A stretch of DNA of 64,000 nucleotides from an uncultured Hyphomicrobium sp. (GTDB lineage Bacteria; Pseudomonadota; Alphaproteobacteria; Rhizobiales; Hyphomicrobiaceae). Of the stretch, positions 18,289 to 27,227 are shown piece by piece (the stretch's first letter is position 1; every line of letters begins with the position of its first letter). The position numbers were made by a program, and so were the translations under genes. The notes under the pieces are model-generated. The model was given only the letters and a program-made list of their open reading frames with translations. It was not told the DNA's origin and did no database searches. The stretch is from assembly GCA_964651805.1 (NCBI GenBank), contig CAZYXX010000002.1, positions 281,516 through 345,515 of the forward strand, given 5' to 3'.

Positions 18289-18636
18289 ATGTACAAATTC
18301 TCATACGAAGAAGTGTTGGACGAGGGAGCGCCGCGCCAAAAGGAAAGCGAGCGCGCAGCGATACAACACTCTATAGAACTTTTGCGACGTGCCGAACTCA
18401 AAGGCCGCGATTCGATCGAGGCTGCGGAAGCGCTGGTTTTTCTCAACCGGCTTTGGAGCTTCTTCATCGAGGAGCTGTGCAAGCCGGACAACGTCCTGCC
18501 ATCGGAGCTCAAGGCCCGCATCATCTCGATCGGGCTTTGGCTCATGCGTGAAGGGGACGCGATCGGAGATAAGCGTTCCAATAATTTCAAAGGCATCATC
18601 GACGTTTCCGAGACTGTTGCGGAAGGGCTCCGATGA
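18289..18636 (+). CDS. flaF: Flagellin regulator FlaF
   Basis: EALVFLNRLWSFFIEELCKPDNVLPSELKARIISIGLW. Confidence 0.92.
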   Translation: MYKFSYEEVLDEGAPRQKESERAAIQHSIELLRRAELKGRDSIEAAEALVFLNRLWSFFIEELCKPDNVLPSELKARIISIGLWLMREGDAIGDKRSNNFKGIIDVSETVAEGLR

Positions 18637-19061
18637 GCGGCAATCTGCGCATTTCCCTGCGGGCGGGCGAGCGCTTGTTCATCAATGGAGCGGTCATAAA
18701 GGCCGACCGGAAGGTCAGCCTCGAGCTTCTGAACGACGTGGTGTTTCTGCTCGAGCAGCATGTCATGAAGCCTGAGGAAACGACGACCCCACTGCGGCAG
18801 TTGTACTTCATGGTTCAGATGATGTTGATGGATCCGTCTCTGCACCTCAAAGCCAAGGAAATGGCCTTCGCTTCGATCGCGGAACAGCTTGCGGCATTTT
18901 CCGATCCGGCTATCCGCCAGGCGCTCGTGGAGATCAAGAAATCACTTGAGGACGACCGGCCGCTGGAAGCGCTAAAGCGCGTGCGAGCGTCGTTCGTTAT
19001 CGAAGAAGCCCTCGTCGCCGCGCCACCGGCCGGCAATTTGAATGCCAAGGAGGTCGCATGA
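18633..19061 (+). CDS. flbT: Flagellin translational regulator FlbT
   Basis: LRISLRAGERLFINGAVI...FLLEQHVM..TTTPLRQLYF. Confidence 0.95.
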   Translation: MSGNLRISLRAGERLFINGAVIKADRKVSLELLNDVVFLLEQHVMKPEETTTPLRQLYFMVQMMLMDPSLHLKAKEMAFASIAEQLAAFSDPAIRQALVEIKKSLEDDRPLEALKRVRASFVIEEALVAAPPAGNLNAKEVA

Positions 19062-19459
19062 CCACGATCAATCCATACTCCGGATCGAGCACGACGACGG
19101 AGAGTTCGTCCGCAACGCGGGCTTCGACGCTCGACTACGATGCATTCTTGAAGCTTCTGCTGGCGCAGATGCAGAACCAGGATCCGCTACAGCCCATGGA
19201 TTCGACGGAATACGTCGCGCAACTCGCGACGTTCTCGAACGTCGAGCAGGGACTCAAAATGAACGAGAAGCTGGACAAACTTCTCTTCCTTTCGAACATT
19301 CAACAGAGCGGTGAGCTTATCGGACGCACGGTGACCTCGGCGGACGGAAAGGTGTCGGGCGTCGTGGAAGCGGTAAGGGTCGAATCCAGTGGGGCTACCG
19401 CGATCCTTGAGGACGGCACCGAGCTCTTTATCGATGAAGGCGTGACGGTCAGCGCATGA
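19058..19459 (+). CDS. flgD: Hook capping protein
   Basis: FLKLLLAQMQNQDPLQPMDSTEYVAQLATFS. Confidence 0.96.
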   Translation: MTTINPYSGSSTTTESSSATRASTLDYDAFLKLLLAQMQNQDPLQPMDSTEYVAQLATFSNVEQGLKMNEKLDKLLFLSNIQQSGELIGRTVTSADGKVSGVVEAVRVESSGATAILEDGTELFIDEGVTVSA

Positions 19460-19728
19460 TGACCGATGGCGACGTCATTGAACTCGTTCAGCGCGCTCTG
19501 TGGGTTACTGTGCTCGTTTGTGGGCCTGTCGTCTTGACTGCGATGATCGTCGGCACGATCATCGCATTTCTGCAGGCGCTCACACAGGTCCAGGAAATGA
19601 CCTTGACCTTCCTGCCGAAGTTGCTGGTGGCCTTCATGGTGCTTGCGCTGTCCGGTCCGTACGTTGGCAACGTTCTTCAGAGCTTCGCCATGGAGACGTA
19701 CGACCGGATCGCAATGTCGCCGCCCTAG
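19456..19728 (+). CDS. fliQ: Export gate FliQ
   Basis: IAFLQALTQVQEMTLTFLPK. Confidence 0.96.
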   Translation: MMTDGDVIELVQRALWVTVLVCGPVVLTAMIVGTIIAFLQALTQVQEMTLTFLPKLLVAFMVLALSGPYVGNVLQSFAMETYDRIAMSPP

Positions 19729-19791
19729 CTGATCCTCGCGCAAGTTTCGTCCGGCAGAATTCTCGGGTCGTTTGCAGCCCGAGGAACGTGA

Positions 19792-21885
19792 ATGTCGGCC
19801 GTAAAATCCGTCAGTAGTGGCGTAACTCCGGTCTTGAGCCGGCAAGATGCCGGTTTGGCCGTCGGCGTCGTCATTATTCTTACGATCCTGTTCCTGCCGC
19901 TGCCGTCGATTCTCATCGACATTGGGCTCGCGCTATCAATCGCGCTGTCGATCCTGATTCTGATGGTGGCTCTGTGGATCAAGCGGCCGCTTGAGTTCAC
20001 GGCGTTTCCAACCATCCTGCTGATTGCAACGCTGCTTCGTCTGGCGCTCAACGTCGCTACAACACGACTGATCCTGTCGCACGGCGCGGAAGGACCCCAT
20101 GCAGCGGGACATGTCATCGCCGGTTTTGCCCAGTTCGTCATGGGCGGCGACTTCGTCATTGGTATTGTCGTCTTCGTGATCCTAATCACGGTCAACTTCG
20201 TGGTGATTACGAAAGGTGCATCGCGCATCGCCGAAGTCGGCGCACGCTTCACCCTTGATTCGATGCCCGGCAAGCAGATGGCAGTTGACGCGGACCTTTC
20301 CGCTGGCGTGATCGACGAAAAGGAGGCGATCCGGCGTCGGCGCGAGCTCGACGAGGAAAGCCAGTTCTTTGGCGCCATGGACGGCGCCTCAAAGTTCGTG
20401 CGTGGCGATGCCATCGCTGGCCTCATCATCACGGCCGTCAATATTTTCGGCGGCATCATCATCGGTATCGCGCGGCACGACCTACCGGTCGATCGTGCGG
20501 TCGAAATCTTCACGAAGCTGTCGGTCGGCGACGGCATCGTCACGCAGATGCCGGCGCTCATCGTGTCCCTTGCCGCAGGTCTGCTCGTTTCAAAGGGTGG
20601 CACCCAGGGTTCGGCCGAGAAGGTCATCTTCGGCCAGATCACGAATTATCCGAGCGCCATGCTGCTTGCCGCTGCCGTCATGGCGGTGCTCGCGGCGGCG
20701 CCCGGTCTGCCTTTCGCACCGTTTGCGATGATTGCCGCCATCCTGGGCTTTCTTGCTTACATTCTGCCGCGCCAGTTCGCGGCAGCTGAGCAGGCCAAGG
20801 AAGAGGTGAAGACGAGCGCCAAGGCGCCAACGGCCGAGGACATCACGCTTCAGCAGATCAAGGATCAGCTGAAGACGAGTGAGATCGAACTGTGCTTCGG
20901 CAAGCAGCTGTCGGGCGTGCTGATGCGTTCCACCGGCGATTTGGCGCAGCGTGTCGCCAAGATGCGCAAAAAGTTCGCCAAGCAGTACGGATTTGTCGTT
21001 CCCGATATCAAACTGACGGAAGATCTGGCGATACCGCCGAAGAGTTACCAGATCCGCGTGCACGGCACGACGGTCGCAAGCTCAGAGCTGCGGCTTGGCG
21101 ATGTCCTTGTGGTGGTCGGCGATGGGCCGAAGCCCGACACGCCGAGCGATGAGACGCGCGAGCCGGCATTCGGCATCAAAGCCGTTTGGGTGCCGGATAT
21201 TTTCACTAATGCGCTGAAGCGAGACGGCTTTGTGCCGGTCGATAACACGTCCGTGCTGCTCACGCACATGGCGGAGGTCATTCGCAACAATCTGGCGCAG
21301 CTTCTGTCCTATAGGGATATGCGCGGGCTCTTGGAGCGTCTGGAGCCGGAATACCGCAAGCTGCTTGAAGAGATCACGCCGTCGCAGATCTCCTATTCGG
21401 GCCTGCAGGGTGTTTTGAAACTCCTGCTCGCCGAGCGCGTCTCGATCCGCAACATTCACCTGATTCTGGAGGCGGTCGCCGAAATCGCGCCGTTCTCGCG
21501 CAAGGCCGAACAGATTACCGAGCATGTGCGCATGCGACTTGCGACGCAAATCTGCGGCGACGTATCAGACGGCGGCACGTTGAAGATCGCGCGTCTCGGC
21601 AATAAGTGGGAAGTCGCCTTCCATCAAGCATTGAAGCGTGATCAGAAGGGCGAGGTCGTCGAGTTCGACATCGATCCGCGCATGATCGAGCAGTTTGGGC
21701 AGGACCTCAGCAGGGTCGTGCAACCATTGATGGATGCCGGTCAGCAATTTGTGCTCATCACGTCGGCCGATACACGACCCTACATTCGAACCGTTACCGA
21801 GCGCTTGTACGCAACGCTTCCCGTTATCTCGCACCACGAGATCAGCAAGGGAATGCCGATACAGACACTCGGATCGCTGTCGTGA
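19792..21885 (+). CDS. flhA: Flagellar export ATPase-docking protein FlhA
   Basis: [34 protein letters not shown]; [16 protein letters not shown]. Confidence 0.98.
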   Translation: MSAVKSVSSGVTPVLSRQDAGLAVGVVIILTILFLPLPSILIDIGLALSIALSILILMVALWIKRPLEFTAFPTILLIATLLRLALNVATTRLILSHGAEGPHAAGHVIAGFAQFVMGGDFVIGIVVFVILITVNFVVITKGASRIAEVGARFTLDSMPGKQMAVDADLSAGVIDEKEAIRRRRELDEESQFFGAMDGASKFVRGDAIAGLIITAVNIFGGIIIGIARHDLPVDRAVEIFTKLSVGDGIVTQMPALIVSLAAGLLVSKGGTQGSAEKVIFGQITNYPSAMLLAAAVMAVLAAAPGLPFAPFAMIAAILGFLAYILPRQFAAAEQAKEEVKTSAKAPTAEDITLQQIKDQLKTSEIELCFGKQLSGVLMRSTGDLAQRVAKMRKKFAKQYGFVVPDIKLTEDLAIPPKSYQIRVHGTTVASSELRLGDVLVVVGDGPKPDTPSDETREPAFGIKAVWVPDIFTNALKRDGFVPVDNTSVLLTHMAEVIRNNLAQLLSYRDMRGLLERLEPEYRKLLEEITPSQISYSGLQGVLKLLLAERVSIRNIHLILEAVAEIAPFSRKAEQITEHVRMRLATQICGDVSDGGTLKIARLGNKWEVAFHQALKRDQKGEVVEFDIDPRMIEQFGQDLSRVVQPLMDAGQQFVLITSADTRPYIRTVTERLYATLPVISHHEISKGMPIQTLGSLS

Positions 21886-22646
21886 ACTCGGCAACGACGC
21901 TCGAAATTGTCACTGCTTTCCTAGTCTTCTGTCGCGTCGGTAGCTGCGTCATGATCCTTCCGGGACTCGGCGGCGGTCGTGTTCCACCGACCGTCCGCCT
22001 TTTTTTGGCGTTCGCGCTGTCTTTGGCGCTGATGCCGGTTGTCGACAGAGCGGACTTTGCGGGCGCGAACGCGCAAACCACCATGCTAGCCGTTTACGTG
22101 GTTCTGGAGGTTATCGTCGGCCTGTTTCTTGGGTTTCTCGTGCGTATTTTCTATTTGGCGCTCGAGTTTATCGCCGTGGCGATGGCCAATTTCGCCGGGT
22201 TCGGCTCCATATTTATGCAGGCTGTCGACGATAACTCATCGACGACGCCGTTTTCGGAATTGATCACGCTTCCGGCATTGGCGCTTTTTTTCATCCTCGA
22301 TCTGCACGTGGCGGTCATCGGGATGTTGAAGTCGTCCTATGATGTTGTGACGGTCGGTCAATGGGCGGGCTCAACGATCGAGCCGAACATTCTTGTCAAC
22401 GCGTTTCAAAGCTCATTCGCTTTGGCGTTACAGATGAGCGCGCCATTGCTGGTCTACTCACTGGCTCTCAATCTCGTGCTGGGTCTGCTCAGCAAGCTTA
22501 CGCCGCAGGTGCCGATCTATTTCGTCTCCATACCGTTTCTAATTGCCGGCGGCCTTTTTATGCTATTCCAGACGGACGGGATCATCCTTTCGAGCTTCAC
22601 GTCCTCCGTGTCGACGTGGATCACAGGACTAGCGACCGATGGCTAG
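21882..22646 (+). CDS. fliR: Export gate FliR
   Basis: Hydrophobic; [30 protein letters not shown]. Confidence 0.93.
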   Translation: MNSATTLEIVTAFLVFCRVGSCVMILPGLGGGRVPPTVRLFLAFALSLALMPVVDRADFAGANAQTTMLAVYVVLEVIVGLFLGFLVRIFYLALEFIAVAMANFAGFGSIFMQAVDDNSSTTPFSELITLPALALFFILDLHVAVIGMLKSSYDVVTVGQWAGSTIEPNILVNAFQSSFALALQMSAPLLVYSLALNLVLGLLSKLTPQVPIYFVSIPFLIAGGLFMLFQTDGIILSSFTSSVSTWITGLATDG

Positions 22647-23055
22647 CCGGCTTCTCCGTGTCAGGCGGACGCTTAAAGTGTTGGGCAATCTTGAACTCGT
22701 GGAGCGTGTCAGGCTGGCTGAGGCGAACCGTGCGCTTGACGCTTGTGCGGCGGAGCAGCGGGCTCTGCTCGAAAGTCTCGGCAGCGAGACGGCGTTCGAC
22801 GGTCACTTCATTGACATGATCGCGAGCCGCGTCGGCAGGCTTGTCCGGCAGGAGCAGCAACTCAAAATGGTTCGTAGGGATGCGCAGGTCCGGTTGACCC
22901 ACGCGGCGGTTCGAACGCGGGTCGCGGACGGCATTGCGCAGGAGGCGGCACGGGAGGAAGAACGACGACTTGAGCAGACCGAACTACAGGCCATCATCGA
23001 TGGAGCAATCGCCGCGATCGCGCAAGGCCGAGGTAAGTCGAGCGACCTAACGTAA
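22639..23055 (+). CDS. Hypothetical coiled-coil flagellar protein, FliJ-like
   Basis: All-helical charged 138 aa, coupled to fliR at the rhizobial FliJ-like position. Confidence 0.55.
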   Translation: MASRLLRVRRTLKVLGNLELVERVRLAEANRALDACAAEQRALLESLGSETAFDGHFIDMIASRVGRLVRQEQQLKMVRRDAQVRLTHAAVRTRVADGIAQEAAREEERRLEQTELQAIIDGAIAAIAQGRGKSSDLT

Positions 23056-23086
23056 ATGCGATCGCAGCTCGTCCGCTGCGCGCGGA

Positions 23087-23428
23087 GTGGGCATGCAACC
23101 GTTACAACTCGACTCAACCGCTTCGTCGGATGTCTGGCAGACCGCTGTTCGGGATGCGGCACCGTCCGATCGTCCGGCCGGCGCGGATCCGGCGCGGATG
23201 AAACGCGCCGGCGTCGAGTTCGAGGCAATGTTCCTACGTCAGTTTCTGGAGATCGTCATGCCGAAAGATGACTCCGGTGGCGTCTACGGCGGTGGGCTGG
23301 GAGGCAGCATGTGGCGATCGATGCTGGCCGACAACATCGCTAAGGCCGTGGCTCAGGATAGCCCGCTTGGTCTGGCGGAGAAAGTTGCACAGGCTGACGC
23401 CCAGCCGCCTGAAATGGATCGTTCATGA
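23087..23428 (+). CDS. flgJ: Rod-binding protein (FlgJ N-terminal domain only)
   Basis: AGVEFEAMFLRQFLEIVMP...YGGGLGGSMWRSMLADNIA; no muramidase domain. Confidence 0.82.
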   Translation: MGMQPLQLDSTASSDVWQTAVRDAAPSDRPAGADPARMKRAGVEFEAMFLRQFLEIVMPKDDSGGVYGGGLGGSMWRSMLADNIAKAVAQDSPLGLAEKVAQADAQPPEMDRS

Positions 23429-23907
23429 ACCTCGCATCGGCAGACAAACACGCAGCCAATTCGACGGCGGCCGGCTACCTCAAGCCGACGCTTCCGGAGG
23501 TCAAAGCGTCGCCTGCGAATGTGCGACCCCAGGGCGGGGCGTTGCGTCGAACCGGCAAAAATCTGGCGCTCGCGATCATCGGCCGGATCGAGGCGCAGGT
23601 TGGCCTTGAGACGCAGGCGCTGGCTAACGGTACGCCGTTCGATCTGGAAGATTCAAACAACAGGAAGTGCCAGAGTCTTGCGGAACTCAACCAAGCGGTC
23701 AAAGGCCTGCTGTCGACCGATATGGATCAAGAATTTGCTGCGCGGCTTGCTCATTTGCGCACGCAGCTCGCCGAGAATATGGCGATGATAAGCATGCATC
23801 TGGAAGCCGTTCGAGAGGTTTCCGCGATGCTGTCGCAGTCGATCCAGAATGCTGAATCCGATGGGACGTATGATCCCCGTGCATCGATGCAGAAAGGGGT
23901 GAGATGA
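23425..23907 (+). CDS. flgN: FlgN-like export chaperone
   Basis: ETQAL..DLEDSNNRKCQSLAEL...HLEAVREVSAML...AESDGTY; follows flgJ. Confidence 0.7.
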   Translation: MNLASADKHAANSTAAGYLKPTLPEVKASPANVRPQGGALRRTGKNLALAIIGRIEAQVGLETQALANGTPFDLEDSNNRKCQSLAELNQAVKGLLSTDMDQEFAARLAHLRTQLAENMAMISMHLEAVREVSAMLSQSIQNAESDGTYDPRASMQKGVR

Positions 23908-24374
23908 TCCAAGTCATTGTCTGCGCCCTGCTGACGTGTATTGTCACGATAGGGGCTGCATTCGGCATGATGACCTACAATGCCTCCGGCAGTGAACATG
24001 CCGCCGAGGAAAAAAAAGTCACGCTGGTCAGCGCCAAATCGCGCATGATCAGCGTTCCAATAATCTCGGAAAACAAGGTTCAAGGCTACGTCGTCGCGCG
24101 CTTCGAATATGTGGCGGACGCAGACCTGATGAAGGCTTCCAAAGTCCCGCCCGAGAGCGTCCTCGCAGACGAAGCTTTCAAGATTATCTATGGCAGCGCT
24201 GGGCGCGACTTCCGCTTCGCCAAGAAGACGGACGTTGAGGAAGTGACCGCTAGCGTGCGGGAGGGCGTCAATAAGCGGTGGACCGCTCCTGTGATCAAGG
24301 ACGTGATGATCGATAGTTGGAGCTTCTTGAGAAACGAAGAGGTCAAGAGAAACCATGAGCAGCCGAAGCGTTGA
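23904..24374 (+). CDS. Hypothetical single-TM protein, second FliL-like
   Basis: N-terminal TM; ISVPIISENKVQGYVVARF, similar to the conserved rhizobial gene after flgN. Confidence 0.55.
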   Translation: MIQVIVCALLTCIVTIGAAFGMMTYNASGSEHAAEEKKVTLVSAKSRMISVPIISENKVQGYVVARFEYVADADLMKASKVPPESVLADEAFKIIYGSAGRDFRFAKKTDVEEVTASVREGVNKRWTAPVIKDVMIDSWSFLRNEEVKRNHEQPKR

Positions 24375-24939
24375 TTTCCAACTTGATATGCTGCTGGGAA
24401 ACGCGCGGCAGATGACAGAGGCGATGACACCGCGTGCAACAATGTGGGGTGGAGCGCGCGTGCCGAAGCGTCGAACACTGGCGTCGATGGCGATCCTTCT
24501 TGGCATGAGTTTGATGGTCGCGGTGGTGCTCGTTGCGCTCATGAGCGGCATCTGGAACAGCGCACCGACGCAATGGACGCATGCGCTCCTGGCACTCATC
24601 GTCGCGCAGTCGGCGATCATGGTTGGCGTAGGCATCCGCTCATCGATGGCGGCTGAAGCTCGTCAACAGGAACTCATTCGCGCAGCACGCGCTCAGGCGC
24701 GACTCAAGGCGGAAACGGTCATGCCGACGACCCCTCCGCCGCTGCCGGTGCGTGCTCTTGCGGATCGTCTGACGCTTATCGGGCAGGGTGAGATCGGCGG
24801 GCGACCCTATGTGCAGCTCGCGGACGGTTCCTACGAGGTTCAGACACTTCTGGGGCGTCGGCGGTTTGGCTCTCTGGATGCAGCTGAAGAGTTCGTCATC
24901 GGGCGAGCGCAGACGGGTGCTGAGGCGCGCGCGGCCTAG
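24355..24939 (+). CDS. Hypothetical two-TM membrane protein
   Basis: Two hydrophobic segments, Pro-rich linker, small C-terminal domain GEIGGRPYVQLADGSYEVQ..RRFGSLD; start uncertain. Confidence 0.6.
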   Translation: MSSRSVDFQLDMLLGNARQMTEAMTPRATMWGGARVPKRRTLASMAILLGMSLMVAVVLVALMSGIWNSAPTQWTHALLALIVAQSAIMVGVGIRSSMAAEARQQELIRAARAQARLKAETVMPTTPPPLPVRALADRLTLIGQGEIGGRPYVQLADGSYEVQTLLGRRRFGSLDAAEEFVIGRAQTGAEARAA

Positions 24940-25008
24940 GCTGCGCGCTCAGATCACTCCAAGAGAAATCTTATCGGATAGCGCTGAGACTAAGACAGGA
25001 GCTGACCA

Positions 25009-25734
25009 CTAGAGCCGAGCGTTGGCTTTGTTGTCAGCTTCTTCCGTTTTATTTCGATCTGCGATCATCGTCGTCAGCAGCTGCACCATCAACGCGCGCG
25101 CGTCCTCCGCCTTTCGATCGGCAGCTTTCGCCTCGTCGGAAATGCCGGCCGCAGTGTACTCAATACGGCGGGCAGAGTCCTCATTTGCGGCCGTTTCCTG
25201 CAAGACCCGTGTCAGGGCCTGCTGAACCTCCGCCGGCGATTCGCTAGTGGGAGACCTTGCTATGTCCGCGGCGGCGCTTGCCGCAACAGACAAAGCAGAA
25301 GCGGGACCCGCGGCTGCGGCACCAGCTGACCCGATCCACTCGACTTCGGCGAGCCGCCGTTTGGTCAATCCCTCAAGAATCTCGCCGCCGGCTTTGTTGT
25401 ATTTGACGAATATTTCGCGCGCCTTGTCGAGGTCGCCGCTCGCAATGGCCTTGCCGAGTTCGCCCTTTGTCCAGGCGTTGCCGGCGTTGTAGGTCAATGA
25501 CGTCAGTGCGGCGCGAGAGCCGACATCGAGATTCGGTGCTATTCGATCGACAAAGGCGGCGGCATTGGCAATCTCGTTCTGGAAGCGGCGTTCCGCTTCG
25601 GCGCGATCGATCACTTCACCTGGATAACGTGCGCGGGTGCCGTAGCCATTCGTGTGCTGCGCGTAATCCCACTTCGCGCTGGCGGCGAAGCCCTCGAATT
25701 GTTTGATGGCGTCGAGAAATTTTGCGTCGAGCAT
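25009..25734 (-). CDS. GH24 (phage T4-type) lysozyme with Ala-rich linker and helical C-terminal tail
   Basis: IKQFEG...WDYAQHTNGYG; AALTSLTYNAG; YNKAGGEILEGLTKRRLAE. Confidence 0.88.
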   Translation of the reverse strand: MLDAKFLDAIKQFEGFAASAKWDYAQHTNGYGTRARYPGEVIDRAEAERRFQNEIANAAAFVDRIAPNLDVGSRAALTSLTYNAGNAWTKGELGKAIASGDLDKAREIFVKYNKAGGEILEGLTKRRLAEVEWIGSAGAAAAGPASALSVAASAAADIARSPTSESPAEVQQALTRVLQETAANEDSARRIEYTAAGISDEAKAADRKAEDARALMVQLLTTMIADRNKTEEADNKANARL

Positions 25735-25809
25735 GCCGCCATTTGACAGGTGCAACCTTGCGGCGGCCTAGCGTACGGCTTGTTGTTGCGGCAACAGATG
25801 CGTTGCGTC

Positions 25810-27111
25810 CTATTCGGCACTCATGCGCCGACGCGCGGTTGTTCGTGTGCCAAGCACTTTGTCGATGCGCCGGCCATCCAAGTCTAAAACCTCAAAGCGC
25901 CAGCCGCTCTGCTCGAATCCTTCGCCGACAGTCGGTATGCGCTTCATATTTGCGAGCACGAAGCCTGCGACCGTTTCGTATGTGCGGGCGGATGGCAACG
26001 GGAAGCCAATCTGGTCGGCCATCTCGTCGAACGGCATGGAGCCCGAAAGGAGCCACGAGCCGTCAGCGCGTTCAACAGCATATTCGTCGTCATCTCCAAT
26101 GTCAGACTTGAAGACGCCAGCGATGGCTTCCAGCACGTCTGCGGGGGTGACTAGTCCTTCGAATTCTCCATGCTCGTCGAGGATGAACGCCATCGGCACA
26201 TCGGCGTTGCGAAGGACCGCGACGACGTCAAGTGCGTCCATCGTTTCCGGAATGATCGGGACCTTGCGAATGCGGGATCGCACGTCAAGCTGTTTCCCGG
26301 CCAAAGCGGGTGTCAGCAGCTCGCGGGTTTGTACGACGCCCAGGACCTTATCGATCGAGCCTTCTCCGGCCGGTAAGCGAGAGTGCGAGGTTTGGGAAAG
26401 CCTTGCTCTGACATCTTCGTCGGAGGCCGCAACATCGATCCATTCCACGTCGGTTCGCGGCGTCATCAATCCGACAACGGCGCGGTCGGCCAGACGCATG
26501 ACTCCCGAGATCATCTCGCGTTCGCCGGATTCCAGCACGCCGGCGGATTCGGCCTCCGCGACGAGCGATTTGATCTCTTCGTCGGTGACGCGTGCCTCGC
26601 TTTCCATGGATTGTCCGAAAACACGGAAGACCAGCTTTGTCGATTGATCGAGTAGCCAAACGGCGGGAGCTGCAAACTTGGCAAAGGCGGCCATGGCTGG
26701 CGCCACGATGCAGGCGATTGCTTCAGGATTGCGCAAAGCCAGATTCTTGGGGACCAGTTCGCCGATGATCACCGATAAGTAAGTCACGACCGCGATGACG
26801 AGGCCGTACCCTAAAGGATCGGCGATCGCTTTCGATATCCCAAGCTGCTGGAGATATGCGGTGGCGTCCTCGCCGAACGTCTCGCCCGAGAAGACGCCGT
26901 TGATGAGGCCGATCAGCGTTATTCCGATTTGGACGGCGGACAGGAAGCGGCCAGGGTCGGATGACAACTCGAATGCGCTCTGCGCGCCAAACCGCTGTGC
27001 CGCCATCATTGTTCTCAGCCGCTGGCGGCGTGACGACACGACCGCCAGCTCTGAGAGTGCGAACAGGCCGTTGAGGACGATCAACGACAGTACAATTAGA
27101 ATATCAATCAC
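25810..27111 (-). CDS. CNNM/CBS/CorC-HlyC family (hemolysin-family) membrane protein
   Basis: NGLFALSELAVVSSRR, SAVQIGITLIGL, GELVPKNLA, MTPRTDV, DEHGEFEGLVT, FEVLDLDGRRIDKV; probable GTG start at 27111. Confidence 0.93.
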   Translation of the reverse strand: MIDILIVLSLIVLNGLFALSELAVVSSRRQRLRTMMAAQRFGAQSAFELSSDPGRFLSAVQIGITLIGLINGVFSGETFGEDATAYLQQLGISKAIADPLGYGLVIAVVTYLSVIIGELVPKNLALRNPEAIACIVAPAMAAFAKFAAPAVWLLDQSTKLVFRVFGQSMESEARVTDEEIKSLVAEAESAGVLESGEREMISGVMRLADRAVVGLMTPRTDVEWIDVAASDEDVRARLSQTSHSRLPAGEGSIDKVLGVVQTRELLTPALAGKQLDVRSRIRKVPIIPETMDALDVVAVLRNADVPMAFILDEHGEFEGLVTPADVLEAIAGVFKSDIGDDDEYAVERADGSWLLSGSMPFDEMADQIGFPLPSARTYETVAGFVLANMKRIPTVGEGFEQSGWRFEVLDLDGRRIDKVLGTRTTARRRMSAE

Positions 27112-27227
27112 ATGCCCTAGGCACGTGTGCCCCCTCGCAAGCTGGCTCGCCGACATCTAGGCGGCAGGCGCGTGTATATCAAGGCTCCTGTGCCGACATA
27201 GCGCAAGGGCTGTGAGCTGAGTATCAT

